Below are positions 56,501 to 64,000 of a DNA stretch of 64,000 bases, one piece after another (the first letter of the stretch is position 1; the number at the start of each line of letters is the position of its first letter). Made by a program: the position numbers and the translations under genes. The notes beneath the pieces were generated by a model that worked only from the letters and a program-made list of their open reading frames with translations, searched no databases and was not told the origin of the DNA. Source of the DNA: Podarcis muralis (lineage: Eukaryota); NCBI RefSeq assembly GCF_964188315.1, contig NC_135659.1, positions 98,518,001-98,582,000 of the forward strand, in the 5' to 3' direction.

Positions 56501-58457
56501 CTCTTGGGTGACAGAATATTGTCAGTGCCCTTTGTGGGAATGTTGTAGATACTAGGAGAGGATATATTGATTTAATAGTATCCTTTGTAACTTACGCTTG
56601 TGAGTTGGCAGCAGAGTGACATTCCCCAGTATACAGCAGGAAGCTAGTTGGTAGATTCGTTTGAATCTCTTTACTTAAGCAATCCAATCTGGCTTTGTTC
56701 AGATTGGGGCATATTCCTGGTAGGACCCCTTTTATCCCTCCTAAAAAGAATAAAGACACAAGAAGCTTCTTTTAAAAGTAATGAGAAGTTTACTCACATT
56801 CAGTTCACGGTTGGATCCCTGAAGGCAGACTTTAGCTTGTACTGTAGTTACAGATACAGTGTGGCTTACATCCTTATAAGGATGCGCTCATGTGATGCTG
56901 GCAGAGAGCCAGTCCAAGAGAAGAAAAGGCATCAAAAGAGGAAGGTGATTACATGACTGGACCTATTGTGGGGTCTGCAAGGGTCACGCCCACCTACCTG
57001 GTCACAGCAGGCGGAGGTTGCTCCAGACCAAGTGTAACAGGAAGTTCAACTGGCTGGATCAACATCCCCCTGTCTGTGTCCACTCTAGGCAAACAGGAAG
57101 TGTTGTACTTGACTGCTTATGTTACATCCCACACCCTGAAGCCTTGGTTGCAATACTTGTGAATTGCTGGAGAGGAGAGGCTCTTGTGCTTGAATCCTCC
57201 ATGTGGGCTTTCCACGGGCCTCTGATTGGCCCCTGTGGGAACAGGATGCTGGGCTGGATGGCCCACGGCCTGTCTGAGCAGGGAGCCAGGTGTCTACATA
57301 AAGCCTTGTACCTTTAATCCTAGCAAATGAAGCTTCAAGAGAAAGCATCCAACCAGTTCTGCAAAGCTCAGTTTTGCAGCTGAAATTCTAGTTGGATCCT
57401 GTAGGATGAAGGACTAGCACTAGATGGACCTTTGGTCTGCTCCGGCAGGGCTGCTCTTCCATTTTGAAAAACAAACATGCAATTGGGGTGCTTTGCGTGA
57501 CAGGCACCACCTTCCCGCATAAAGAGTTGTTCCCCCTTCTATTCCGAAACTCAGATGTCCTTTCTGGTTCCGTAGCTCCAAAAAGCTTTGAGCTGGCCAC
57601 AGAGCGGCGCGCCCGAGAGCGGCAGGAATTCGAGAGGCGGATGGCGGAACTTGAAGCTGAGAAAGCGCGGCTGCAGGAGACGGCGAGACGTCATGAGGAA
57701 GAGCAGAGGAAAGCCGAGTTGGCTGAGCTGAGAGAAGAGCTGGTAAATGAGCCTGGGGCTTGAGGGCATGGATCATAGACGCCTAAGCGTCTGGGTCAGG
57801 AATGGATCCCATCTTTTCTTAGCAGTGCAGGCAGCTCATTAAATAAAATAACATAACATATATAATATTTTTACTGGCAGGAGGTCTTACAACTAACCAA
57901 GCCGGCTCTGTAGCTCAGTGGTAGATCTCTTACCTTGTGTGGGGGATTTTCTGGGAAAACAGGCCCAGCCAGATGTCTACTACACTTTGCAGCAGTTAAT
58001 TCTGAGCTGGAAAGATGTTGGAGAGCTGCCTTGGTATAAAGTGGCTTCATCTGTTCCTTTGACTTTTAAGGTACCTGCAACCGTTCCTGCGTCTCGGCGG
58101 GTCAAGATGTCTTGACTCTTGCTTCTACACATACTGGGAGGTGGGAAGGTGCAATCGAAGGCACACTGTAATTGGCTTAACTTGAACTTACAGCTCAATG
58201 TTCTCTTGTATGCCTCCAGCGCTGTCCGCAGTCTCTCAGTGGTTGGCCCTCCTTGGGGGGGGGGGGTGAGCAAGGCTGTTCCCTGACAACAGCACTTTCT
58301 CCTTTGATGACGGTGCTTAGAACCTCCTCCTTCTTTTCCTTCCCAGGTACACAAAGCCAACCCCATCCACAGGTACCAGCCAGTGGAGATCAAGGCCAGC
58401 GACCAACCCCTGACCGTGCCTCACTCTCCAAACTTTTCCAAAAGGTTTCAACGCTAA
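38474..58457 (+). CDS. TPX2: TPX2 microtubule nucleation factor, spliced CDS span: 15 coding exons, 2154 nt (717 aa) or 2160 nt
   Basis: All exons below have AG/GT boundaries and join into one continuous frame; several exon lengths (127, 172, 96, 177, 147, 112, 188, 111) equal recalled human TPX2 exon sizes; synteny with BCL2L1. Confidence 0.97.
40338..40493 (+). CDS. TPX2: TPX2 coding exon 2 (contains a 36-nt tandem duplication)
   Basis: ttcttccag| ... TCCA|GTAAGT, phase 1-1; DLRAGL... and [12 protein letters not shown] match human KANLQQAIVTPL. Confidence 0.88.
40640..40990 (-). mobile_element. CR1 LINE RT fragment
   Basis: [27 protein letters not shown] and FNRDKCKV. Confidence 0.9.
41613..41739 (+). 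CDS. TPX2: TPX2 coding exon 3
   Basis: ttgccttag| ... GAAG|GTAAGC, 127 nt, phase 1-2; VPPNVVGS. Confidence 0.85.
42115..42410. mobile_element. Tc1/mariner-type MITE
   Basis: TIRs ccgcatttttcgatctataaggcgcac / gtgcgtcttatagagcgaaaaatatgg with TA TSD. Confidence 0.88.
42730..43445 (-). mobile_element. CR1 LINE 3' end, young
   Basis: [41 protein letters not shown]...; terminal agaatcatagagttggaag. Confidence 0.97.
43784..43906 (+). CDS. TPX2: TPX2 coding exon 4
   Basis: cccctgtag| ... ACA|GTAAGT; KMHAKRCA...PPVKK (human KMKAKRCA...PSKKMK). Confidence 0.92.
44974..45104 (+). CDS. TPX2: TPX2 coding exon 5
   Basis: ttttccag| ... CGG|GTAAGC; [35 protein letters not shown]. Confidence 0.95.
45313..45740. 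mobile_element. Two adjacent Tigger-like MITE remnants
   Basis: cagtcatac...gaggtatgact and ...cgaggtaccact termini; CpG-rich interiors. Confidence 0.65.
46597..46805 (+). mobile_element. CR1 LINE 3' end, near-identical to 42730-42940 in opposite orientation
   Basis: About 5 mismatches over about 190 nt by manual comparison. Confidence 0.95.
48063..48220 (+). CDS. TPX2: TPX2 coding exon 6
   Basis: [18 protein letters not shown]...LRRHPPSP|GTGAGA. Confidence 0.97.
48968..49139 (+). CDS. TPX2: TPX2 coding exon 7 (importin-alpha NLS KRKF)
   Basis: [16 protein letters not shown]...[10 protein letters not shown]; 172 nt; donor AAG|GTAAGG. Confidence 0.97.
49734..49872 (+). CDS. TPX2: TPX2 coding exon 8
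   Basis: [11 protein letters not shown]...[16 protein letters not shown]; donor ACA|GTAAGT. Confidence 0.96.
50485..51180 (-). mobile_element. Older CR1 3' region with internal 28-bp tandem duplication (51071-51127)
   Basis: atcatagaattgtggagttg...ggtgcccagaactggac...; duplicated cttgttaagcttgtggtctgctaagacc. Confidence 0.85.
51264..51431. repeat. Perfect 82-bp tandem duplication
   Basis: Units start at 51264 and 51346 and are identical. Confidence 0.95.
51563..51782 (+). CDS. TPX2: TPX2 coding exon 9
   Basis: [15 protein letters not shown]...[18 protein letters not shown]...[15 protein letters not shown]. Confidence 0.97.
52744..52839 (+). CDS. TPX2: TPX2 coding exon 10 (alternative end 52845)
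   Basis: [24 protein letters not shown]; tandem in-frame donors at 52840 and 52846. Confidence 0.93.
53223..53399 (+). CDS. TPX2: TPX2 coding exon 11
   Basis: [16 protein letters not shown]...[12 protein letters not shown]; 177 nt. Confidence 0.97.
54430..54597 (-). mobile_element. CR1 3' end fragment
   Basis: atcatagaatcatagagttggaagggacc...agaaagttcttcctgatgtttag. Confidence 0.85.
54992..55138 (+). CDS. TPX2: TPX2 coding exon 12
   Basis: [21 protein letters not shown]...[11 protein letters not shown]; 147 nt. Confidence 0.97.
56075..56186 (+). CDS. TPX2: TPX2 coding exon 13
   Basis: [30 protein letters not shown]; 112 nt. Confidence 0.97.
57555..57742 (+). CDS. TPX2: TPX2 coding exon 14
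   Basis: [26 protein letters not shown]...LREEL; 188 nt. Confidence 0.97.
58347..58457 (+). CDS. TPX2: TPX2 last coding exon (TPX2 C-terminal domain)
   Basis: [36 protein letters not shown]; 111 nt. Confidence 0.97.
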   Translation, partial: VHKANPIHRYQPVEIKASDQPLTVPHSPNFSKRFQR

Positions 58458-58551
58458 TGCATAACCAAGAAAGAAAAGACAAGGGGTGCTTTCCCCCCCC
58501 CTTCTTAGTATAGTGTTTTTTCCCCTTTTGTATTTTATTGACTTGTTTATC

Positions 58552-58557
58552 AATAAA
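58552..58557 (+). terminator. Probable TPX2 polyadenylation signal
   Basis: First AATAAA, 95 nt after the stop codon. Confidence 0.6.
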
Positions 58558-59039
58558 CTATTATACGTAAGCAATATAAAACGTTACTACTGGGAGTGCT
58601 TTTCCCTCTAAGCCTAGGGGGAAAAAGTGTCATTTTTCAATTTCTCTCCGTAACTGAAACCCAGCCCTCAAAACATTTTGCACATACCCTCTAGGACTTG
58701 AGTTGCTGTGCAGAACTTCCTTGTTCTTGTGTGGCCTTGTTTCCTGGACTGGACCCTCCTACCTTAATCGCTGGCTCTGGTTGGGAACCGTGCTTTCAAT
58801 ATACCTGTACCACAGCATGCAGAACTGAGTACAGTCAAGGGGAGGGGGGCAGGCTTTCTTTTTCTCTGAGCTGAGGTGGAGATGGCTGCATGCTCTTTCT
58901 CCTCCCCATCCCCATTTTGTGCTATTATTTTCACATCCCTATACAGGAAGCAACAATCGGCATTCAGCCAGAAGCACCACATTTCTCTTTTAATTACATT
59001 TAACTTTCCAGTGATTTTAGCTTTTAAACAAAGGTTGAC

Positions 59040-59365
59040 ATGTGTACCATGACCATAGAACAATGTTGCTTTGATGTTGTATATGTAATAAATGTAAAAA
59101 AAAAAAACCTTGCCAGGTTGTTTGAAAATGGGTGGTTTTCTTGTCATTTGGCTCCTTTGCACAGGGGTTGTTAGTTTGTCCATTAATTTTAATTCCCAGA
59201 GTTCTGCGATCCAGATCTCAAGCAGGTCTGTGCTGAGAGACTTCCAATGCATTGCAATGGTAAGCCGTGCCGCAGCCATCAGGTGAGTAACGAGATCCTT
59301 GTAGGAAAGCTGTTGAGCGGCTTCTGAGCTGTATGATAGAAGTGCTATTTTAGGATCCAAATTGG
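59040..59365 (-). mobile_element. L1-clade ORF2 C-terminal fragment
   Basis: LMAAARLTIAMHWKS...WIAELWELKLMDKLT, typical of the L1 ORF2 end. Confidence 0.75.
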
Positions 59366-59614
59366 ATGCACGCTGTTGACCACCTTCCCAGACGTTGGGC
59401 TTGCAGCCTCCTTGCAGCTGCCGACAAGGCTGGTTAATGTTGCCTCTGCTCTTTGTCTACTCGGCCAGAGCTCAGGTTTGGATCACTTGAGTTGGGTCGT
59501 GGGGATGCCCCCACATGAGGTTCTGTCAGGGCAGCCCCAGCCTGTCCCTACTTGCCTCCTTTGGGATAATGGTGTAACAAGAATCAGTGCTATCCCTCCC
59601 TGCTTTCACCTATA

Positions 59615-59823
59615 CAGTGGTACCTCAGGTTAAGTACTTAATTTGTTCCGGAGGTCCATTCTTAACCTGAAGCACCACTTTAGCTAATGGGGCCTCCCGC
59701 TGCCACCACGCCGCCGGAGCACGATTTCTGTTCTTATCCTGAAGCAAAGTTCTTAACCCAAAGTACTATTTCTGGGTTAGCGGAGACTGTAACCTGAAGC
59801 ATATGTAACCCAAGGTACCACTG
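59615..59823. mobile_element. Tigger-like MITE
   Basis: TIRs cagtggtacctcaggtta / taacccaaggtaccactg with TA TSD. Confidence 0.9.
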
Positions 59824-60112
59824 TAGTTTCATGGATAAATTCCAACAACTTGGTTTCAGTCGTGAAGAATTGCAACTTTACATTCAGAAGGTCCCAAGTT
59901 CAATGTCCAGCAGTGCCAGGTAAGGCTGGGGAAATCTTCCTGAAAACCTGGAGATCTGCTGCCAGTGCGTGCCAGGAACAATGGGCTAGGTGGGCCCAAT
60001 TGGTCTGGCTTTGCAACACCCATGAGGATCCCAGGACTGGGCTAGTAGTGAAAAGTAGCCTTTTGCTTCTGGTTTGTTGCAGTTGGGAGTAACACTCTGA
60101 ACTTTAGTTTCT

Positions 60113-60392
60113 TAATAATAATAATAATATTTATACCCCGCCCATCTGGCTGGGTTTCCCCAGCCACTCTGGGCGGCTTCCAACAAAACACTAAAATACA
60201 ATAGTCTGTTAAACATTAAAAGCTTCCCTAAACAGGGCTGCCTTCAGATGTCTTCTAAAAGTCTGGTAGTTGTTTTTCTCTTTGACATCTGGTGGGAGGG
60301 TGCCACCACCGAGAAGGCCCTCTGCCTGGTTCCCTGTAACTTGGCTTCTTGCAGGGAGGGAACCGCCAGAAGGCCTTTGGCACTGGACCTCA
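60113..60392 (-). mobile_element. L2-clade LINE 3' end
   Basis: RSSAKGLLAVPSLQEAKLQGTRQRAFSVVAP; (TAA)n tail; near-copy of 61546-61983. Confidence 0.9.
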
Positions 60393-61545
60393 AATTTAAA
60401 GCTAGATTTGTGTTGTCACTTAAGAATGCTTCTGGCACTGCTCACTTGCCTAGCAGAAGCCCCCATGTTCTGCATACCAGCTGACTTTCAGTAAAGACCA
60501 TCATGCACAGTAAGAGACTACAGGCAGATTCAGGGCAAATAGCTGCCAGGGTGTGGTAGACATCTAGCATCTTTTTCCGAGAGCTGGAATGCGCAAACAT
60601 ATGAAGCTAAGTTAGCCCTTGTAATCCACTTGTGGCAGCTCTCAAAGGTGGAGGCAGGAATCTTTCTAGCTACTATCAGCAGCCCCTTTTTTAAAAAAGG
60701 GAATTTGCAACTGGGGTGCCCTGCATGCAAAGCATTTAGCCTATTGTTCAAATTTGGGCCCTTCTACACTACACCCAAGCAAGCAGTTGCCTGTTTTTTG
60801 TCCATCGTCTAAATATGGTTGCATGGGTAAAATACTGTTCCGTTTGGGCAGGAGCTATTGTTAAAAGAAATAGAATTATGTAATTTTCATCACTGATATT
60901 AGTGTGGAAGAAAAACAGCTTTCACAACGTGGTTGGAATAAAGTCTGTTCAAGACTCTTTGTTTATTAAGACAAGGCAATTGCATTGCAGAAGACTCATG
61001 AACCAGACTTCTCATCTGTACGTCTCATCTCATCTGTACGTAAGCAAAACACCCTAACAGTTTTTAAAGTTATCACAATGTGGTTAATAAGAATCCAGAA
61101 GAAACTACTGTAGTTTGCAGGGGGGGGGGGGGAATATGCAAACATTTCTGGTCCAAATCCTTCAAACATTCCATACTTCACTTTTCCTCCCACCTTCGTG
61201 TTGATCCTGTTACACTCTTAAGAGAGACGTTTCCTTAAGACAGAAGCAAGCTCATGTCTCCTGTGTCAGGCCCAGATCCCTGCAGGCCACAGAAGCATAC
61301 ATTCTGCTTCCACATTAGGAAAAACAGGCAGGTGCATTCCTTCTCCAGCCTCTGTCTGCTTATAAGTGGGTGCCCCCTGCACTTAATATTTGGGGAAGGA
61401 CCATGGTGTGTTGCATTATTAATTGAATTTATATACCGCCCTTTACCCGCAGGTAAAGGATTAAAACGACAAGAAAGGAGATTCCAACTAAACTAGGAAG
61501 AACTTGCACTAAGAGCTGTTTGACCGTGGAATAGGCTCCTTTGGA

Positions 61546-61983
61546 ATAATAATAATAATAATAGTAATAATAATAATTTTTATTTATACCCTGCCCACTC
61601 TGGGCAGCTTCCAGCAAAATATTAAAATACAATAGTCTGTCAAACACTGAAAGCTTCCCTAAACAGGGCTGCCTTCAGGTGTCTTCTAAAAGTCTGGTAG
61701 TTGTTGTTCTCTTTGACATCTGGTGGGAGGGCGTTCCACAGGGCGGGCCCCACCACCGAGAAGGCTCTCTGCCTGGTTCCCTGTAACTTGGCTTCTCGCA
61801 GTGAGGGAACCACCAGAAGGCCCTCGGCGCTGGACCTCAGTGTCCGGGCAGAACGATGGCGATGGAGGCGCTCCTTTAGGTATACTGGACCTTTGAGGCC
61901 GTTTAGGGCTTTCAAGGTCAGCACCAACACTTTGAATTGTGCCCAGAAACGTACCGGGAGCCAATGTAGGTCTTTCAAGACCG
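61546..61983 (-). mobile_element. L2-clade LINE 3' end with (TAA)n tail
   Basis: LHWLPVRFWAQFKVLVLTLKALNGL.GPVYL...AFSVVGPALWNALP...FRRHLKAALF. Confidence 0.93.
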
Positions 61984-63000
61984 GTGAAAGGACTCACCTT
62001 CACTGGAGATTTTTGCACAGATGTCGGATGACCCCCAATCATGGATGCTTTAGGCACAATTCCTGCATTGCAGGGAGTCAGACTAGATGACCCTAGGTGT
62101 CCCTTCCAGCTATGATTCTGTAACCCATGATTGCGTTGGCTGCAATTGGCATTTTCTCTGGTACCCCTTCAAAGGGGCAATATGAGTGTCGTTGCTCAGG
62201 CCCAGGGTTATAGACTTGTCCCCCCACCCTCTTTAAGAGTTGTCAAAGTGTGTTCCTGATGTTTCCCAATCACCCCACCCCACCCCCCCAGCAGGAAGTT
62301 CCCAGTGCTGATGGAAGGCTTTGAGAAGCTGTTGACTACATCACAGACTTGTTCTCCCCGGATTTTCCGGGCTCTCCAGTTACGGAGCAGGGGCTGGGAT
62401 ATTCAGGTAAGGGTTCTCCATCCTGTTCCAACTCTTGTAAGCCAGCTGCCCTGCTGAGTGGCTCGAATTAGCCTGGGGATTGAGTTTCCCTGAGAAGGGG
62501 ACGGGCCTGACTGCCCGACCAACTTTCTCAGACCCATGGAAAGAGCAGAAAGGTTAAAGTGTCTCCTGCTTGAAGCTGTGACGGCACTGTAGCCAGGGGA
62601 ACAGGCATGCTTGACCGCTGGCCAACTCTCCCAGGACACTGTGCACTGGCTGGAGCCTCTGGGCTGTGTCCACAGAGCCAAAAACTACCCGGTGGGTGTG
62701 CTTGTTTTCTCCAGCCTGGAACAGAACAAACACACACACACACACACATTGACCCCAGCCATGCTCCAAAAGTCAGCCCGGGTGTGTGTGTGTGCCTTTT
62801 GGATCCGTCTTCTATATCAAAACATCTTTTAAGTGCTGCAAGCCTCGCAGGGCACTTCCAGGCTGTTTTCGGCTGATATTCAATCACATCCCAGCAAATT
62901 CAAGTCGCGTAGTTCCAGCTGATGGCCAGGTCTTGCTCAACAGACCTGCTTTACCCAAAGAGCAGATTTTTATATTCTATTTCTGTCGTGCAGGGATTAA

Positions 63001-63603
63001 TCAGCGATATCTAAAGCAACAAGATGGCCAGAAACAATTACAGTGTGAAAAGCTTTATGGAAGAATTCGAAACATAAAAACTAACAAACTGAAATCTCTG
63101 AAAGTCTCTGAAAGTCCTTAAATGAATCACGGTGCCAGACAGAACTCTGCTGAACAGTGTTTCTGGATAGCAACTACTTCCGGATAGATATACATATAGT
63201 CACTACATAATTGCATGAACACTGTTCCAGAGTATTTTTAATTCTCATGTATATTATATCTATTCGGGGGGTGGGGGAGATTGGTTAATGAATAAATTAC
63301 ATATCTTTCTACTTACGAGTGTTGAACTAATTGGCTGATGAAGAATTCAACAAAACAGTAGTTGTTATCCGGAAACACTGTTCAGCAGAGTTCAGAGTTG
63401 CACGTCAGAATTGGACATTTGCTGATTATACAAAGCCTCACAGCTTGCTCTCCGTCGGGTAAAGTCTGGCACCGTGATTCATTTATGGACTTCTAGAGAC
63501 TTTCAGAGACTTCAGTTTGTTAGTTTTGATGTTTTGAATTATTCCATAACGTTTTTCACATTGTCATTGTTTCTGGCCATCGTGTTGCTTTTGATATTGC
63601 TGA
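63001..63603. mobile_element. Foldback element with long inverted repeats (unclassified)
   Basis: 63001-63140 versus 63464-63603 about 90% inverted identity; 63142-63177 versus 63358-63393 34/36; flanking 13-bp direct repeats. Confidence 0.75.
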
Positions 63604-64000
63604 CTCATATTTTGCAACACAGGGGTTTATTTGTTTACTCATTGCTGTGCAGGGATTAACGGCAGGACAACGAAAGTGGGCTTTGCAAGCCCTCGTGGTT
63701 CCTAAGAGATTGAGGCCCTGATCTGCACTATGCATTTAAAGCAGAATCATGCCACTTTAAGCAGGTTTAAAGAATTCAAAGCAGAACAAAGCTGCTCTGA
63801 GCAACCCCTCCAGCTTTGCGTGCAGAAGCTCCTCTCCTCTCCCTTGTCCCTCCTGCGGCTGGATCTGGGCCTAGGCGTGGAGCTCTGTCACACAAGGAGC
63901 CCCCAGCCCATCCTCCTGTCTGGCCTTGCCTGGTGCGACTTGGGGAGGGGACTGTCAGGAGTTCAGCCTATACTCGAGTAGGACTCTGGCAGCGACACAT

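Noticed and set aside
57903-58030. tRNA-like A-box sequence (tgtagctcagtggtaga)
   Set aside because: No cloverleaf 3' half; degenerate SINE head, as at 3420 and 59860

Overview
Vertebrate genomic DNA, very probably a lacertid lizard (Sauria SINEs, BovB, CR1, L2 and L1 of squamate type), covering the head-to-head BCL2L1 / TPX2 locus. Minus strand: the large coding exon of BCL2L1 (Bcl-xL, 13034-13579; the TM-encoding last exon was not found and is inferred to lie left of the window), preceded by a 9-codon uORF, with a CpG-island promoter near 19.6-20.4 kb. Plus strand: TPX2, with a CCAAT/CHR cell-cycle promoter at about 29.3 kb and 15 coding exons traced by splice sites and continuous reading phase (38474-58457, 717-719 aa; the equivalent of one human exon was not confidently found). 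Between the two promoters lies a 3.5-kb composite block: a deleted class II endogenous retrovirus (tRNA-Trp PBS, betaretrovirus-like Gag, GGGAAAC slippery site plus pseudoknot, degenerate dUTPase, alpharetrovirus-like TM), a nested L1, an L1 tail and a BovB tail, all bracketed by a 22-bp direct repeat. The rest is intronic or intergenic DNA rich in SINEs, LINE fragments, Tc1/mariner and hAT MITEs and microsatellites, with one 185-N gap. No rRNA, genuine tRNA gene or CRISPR array is supported. Comparisons with human, chicken, Xenopus and viral sequences come from recalled knowledge, not from a search.
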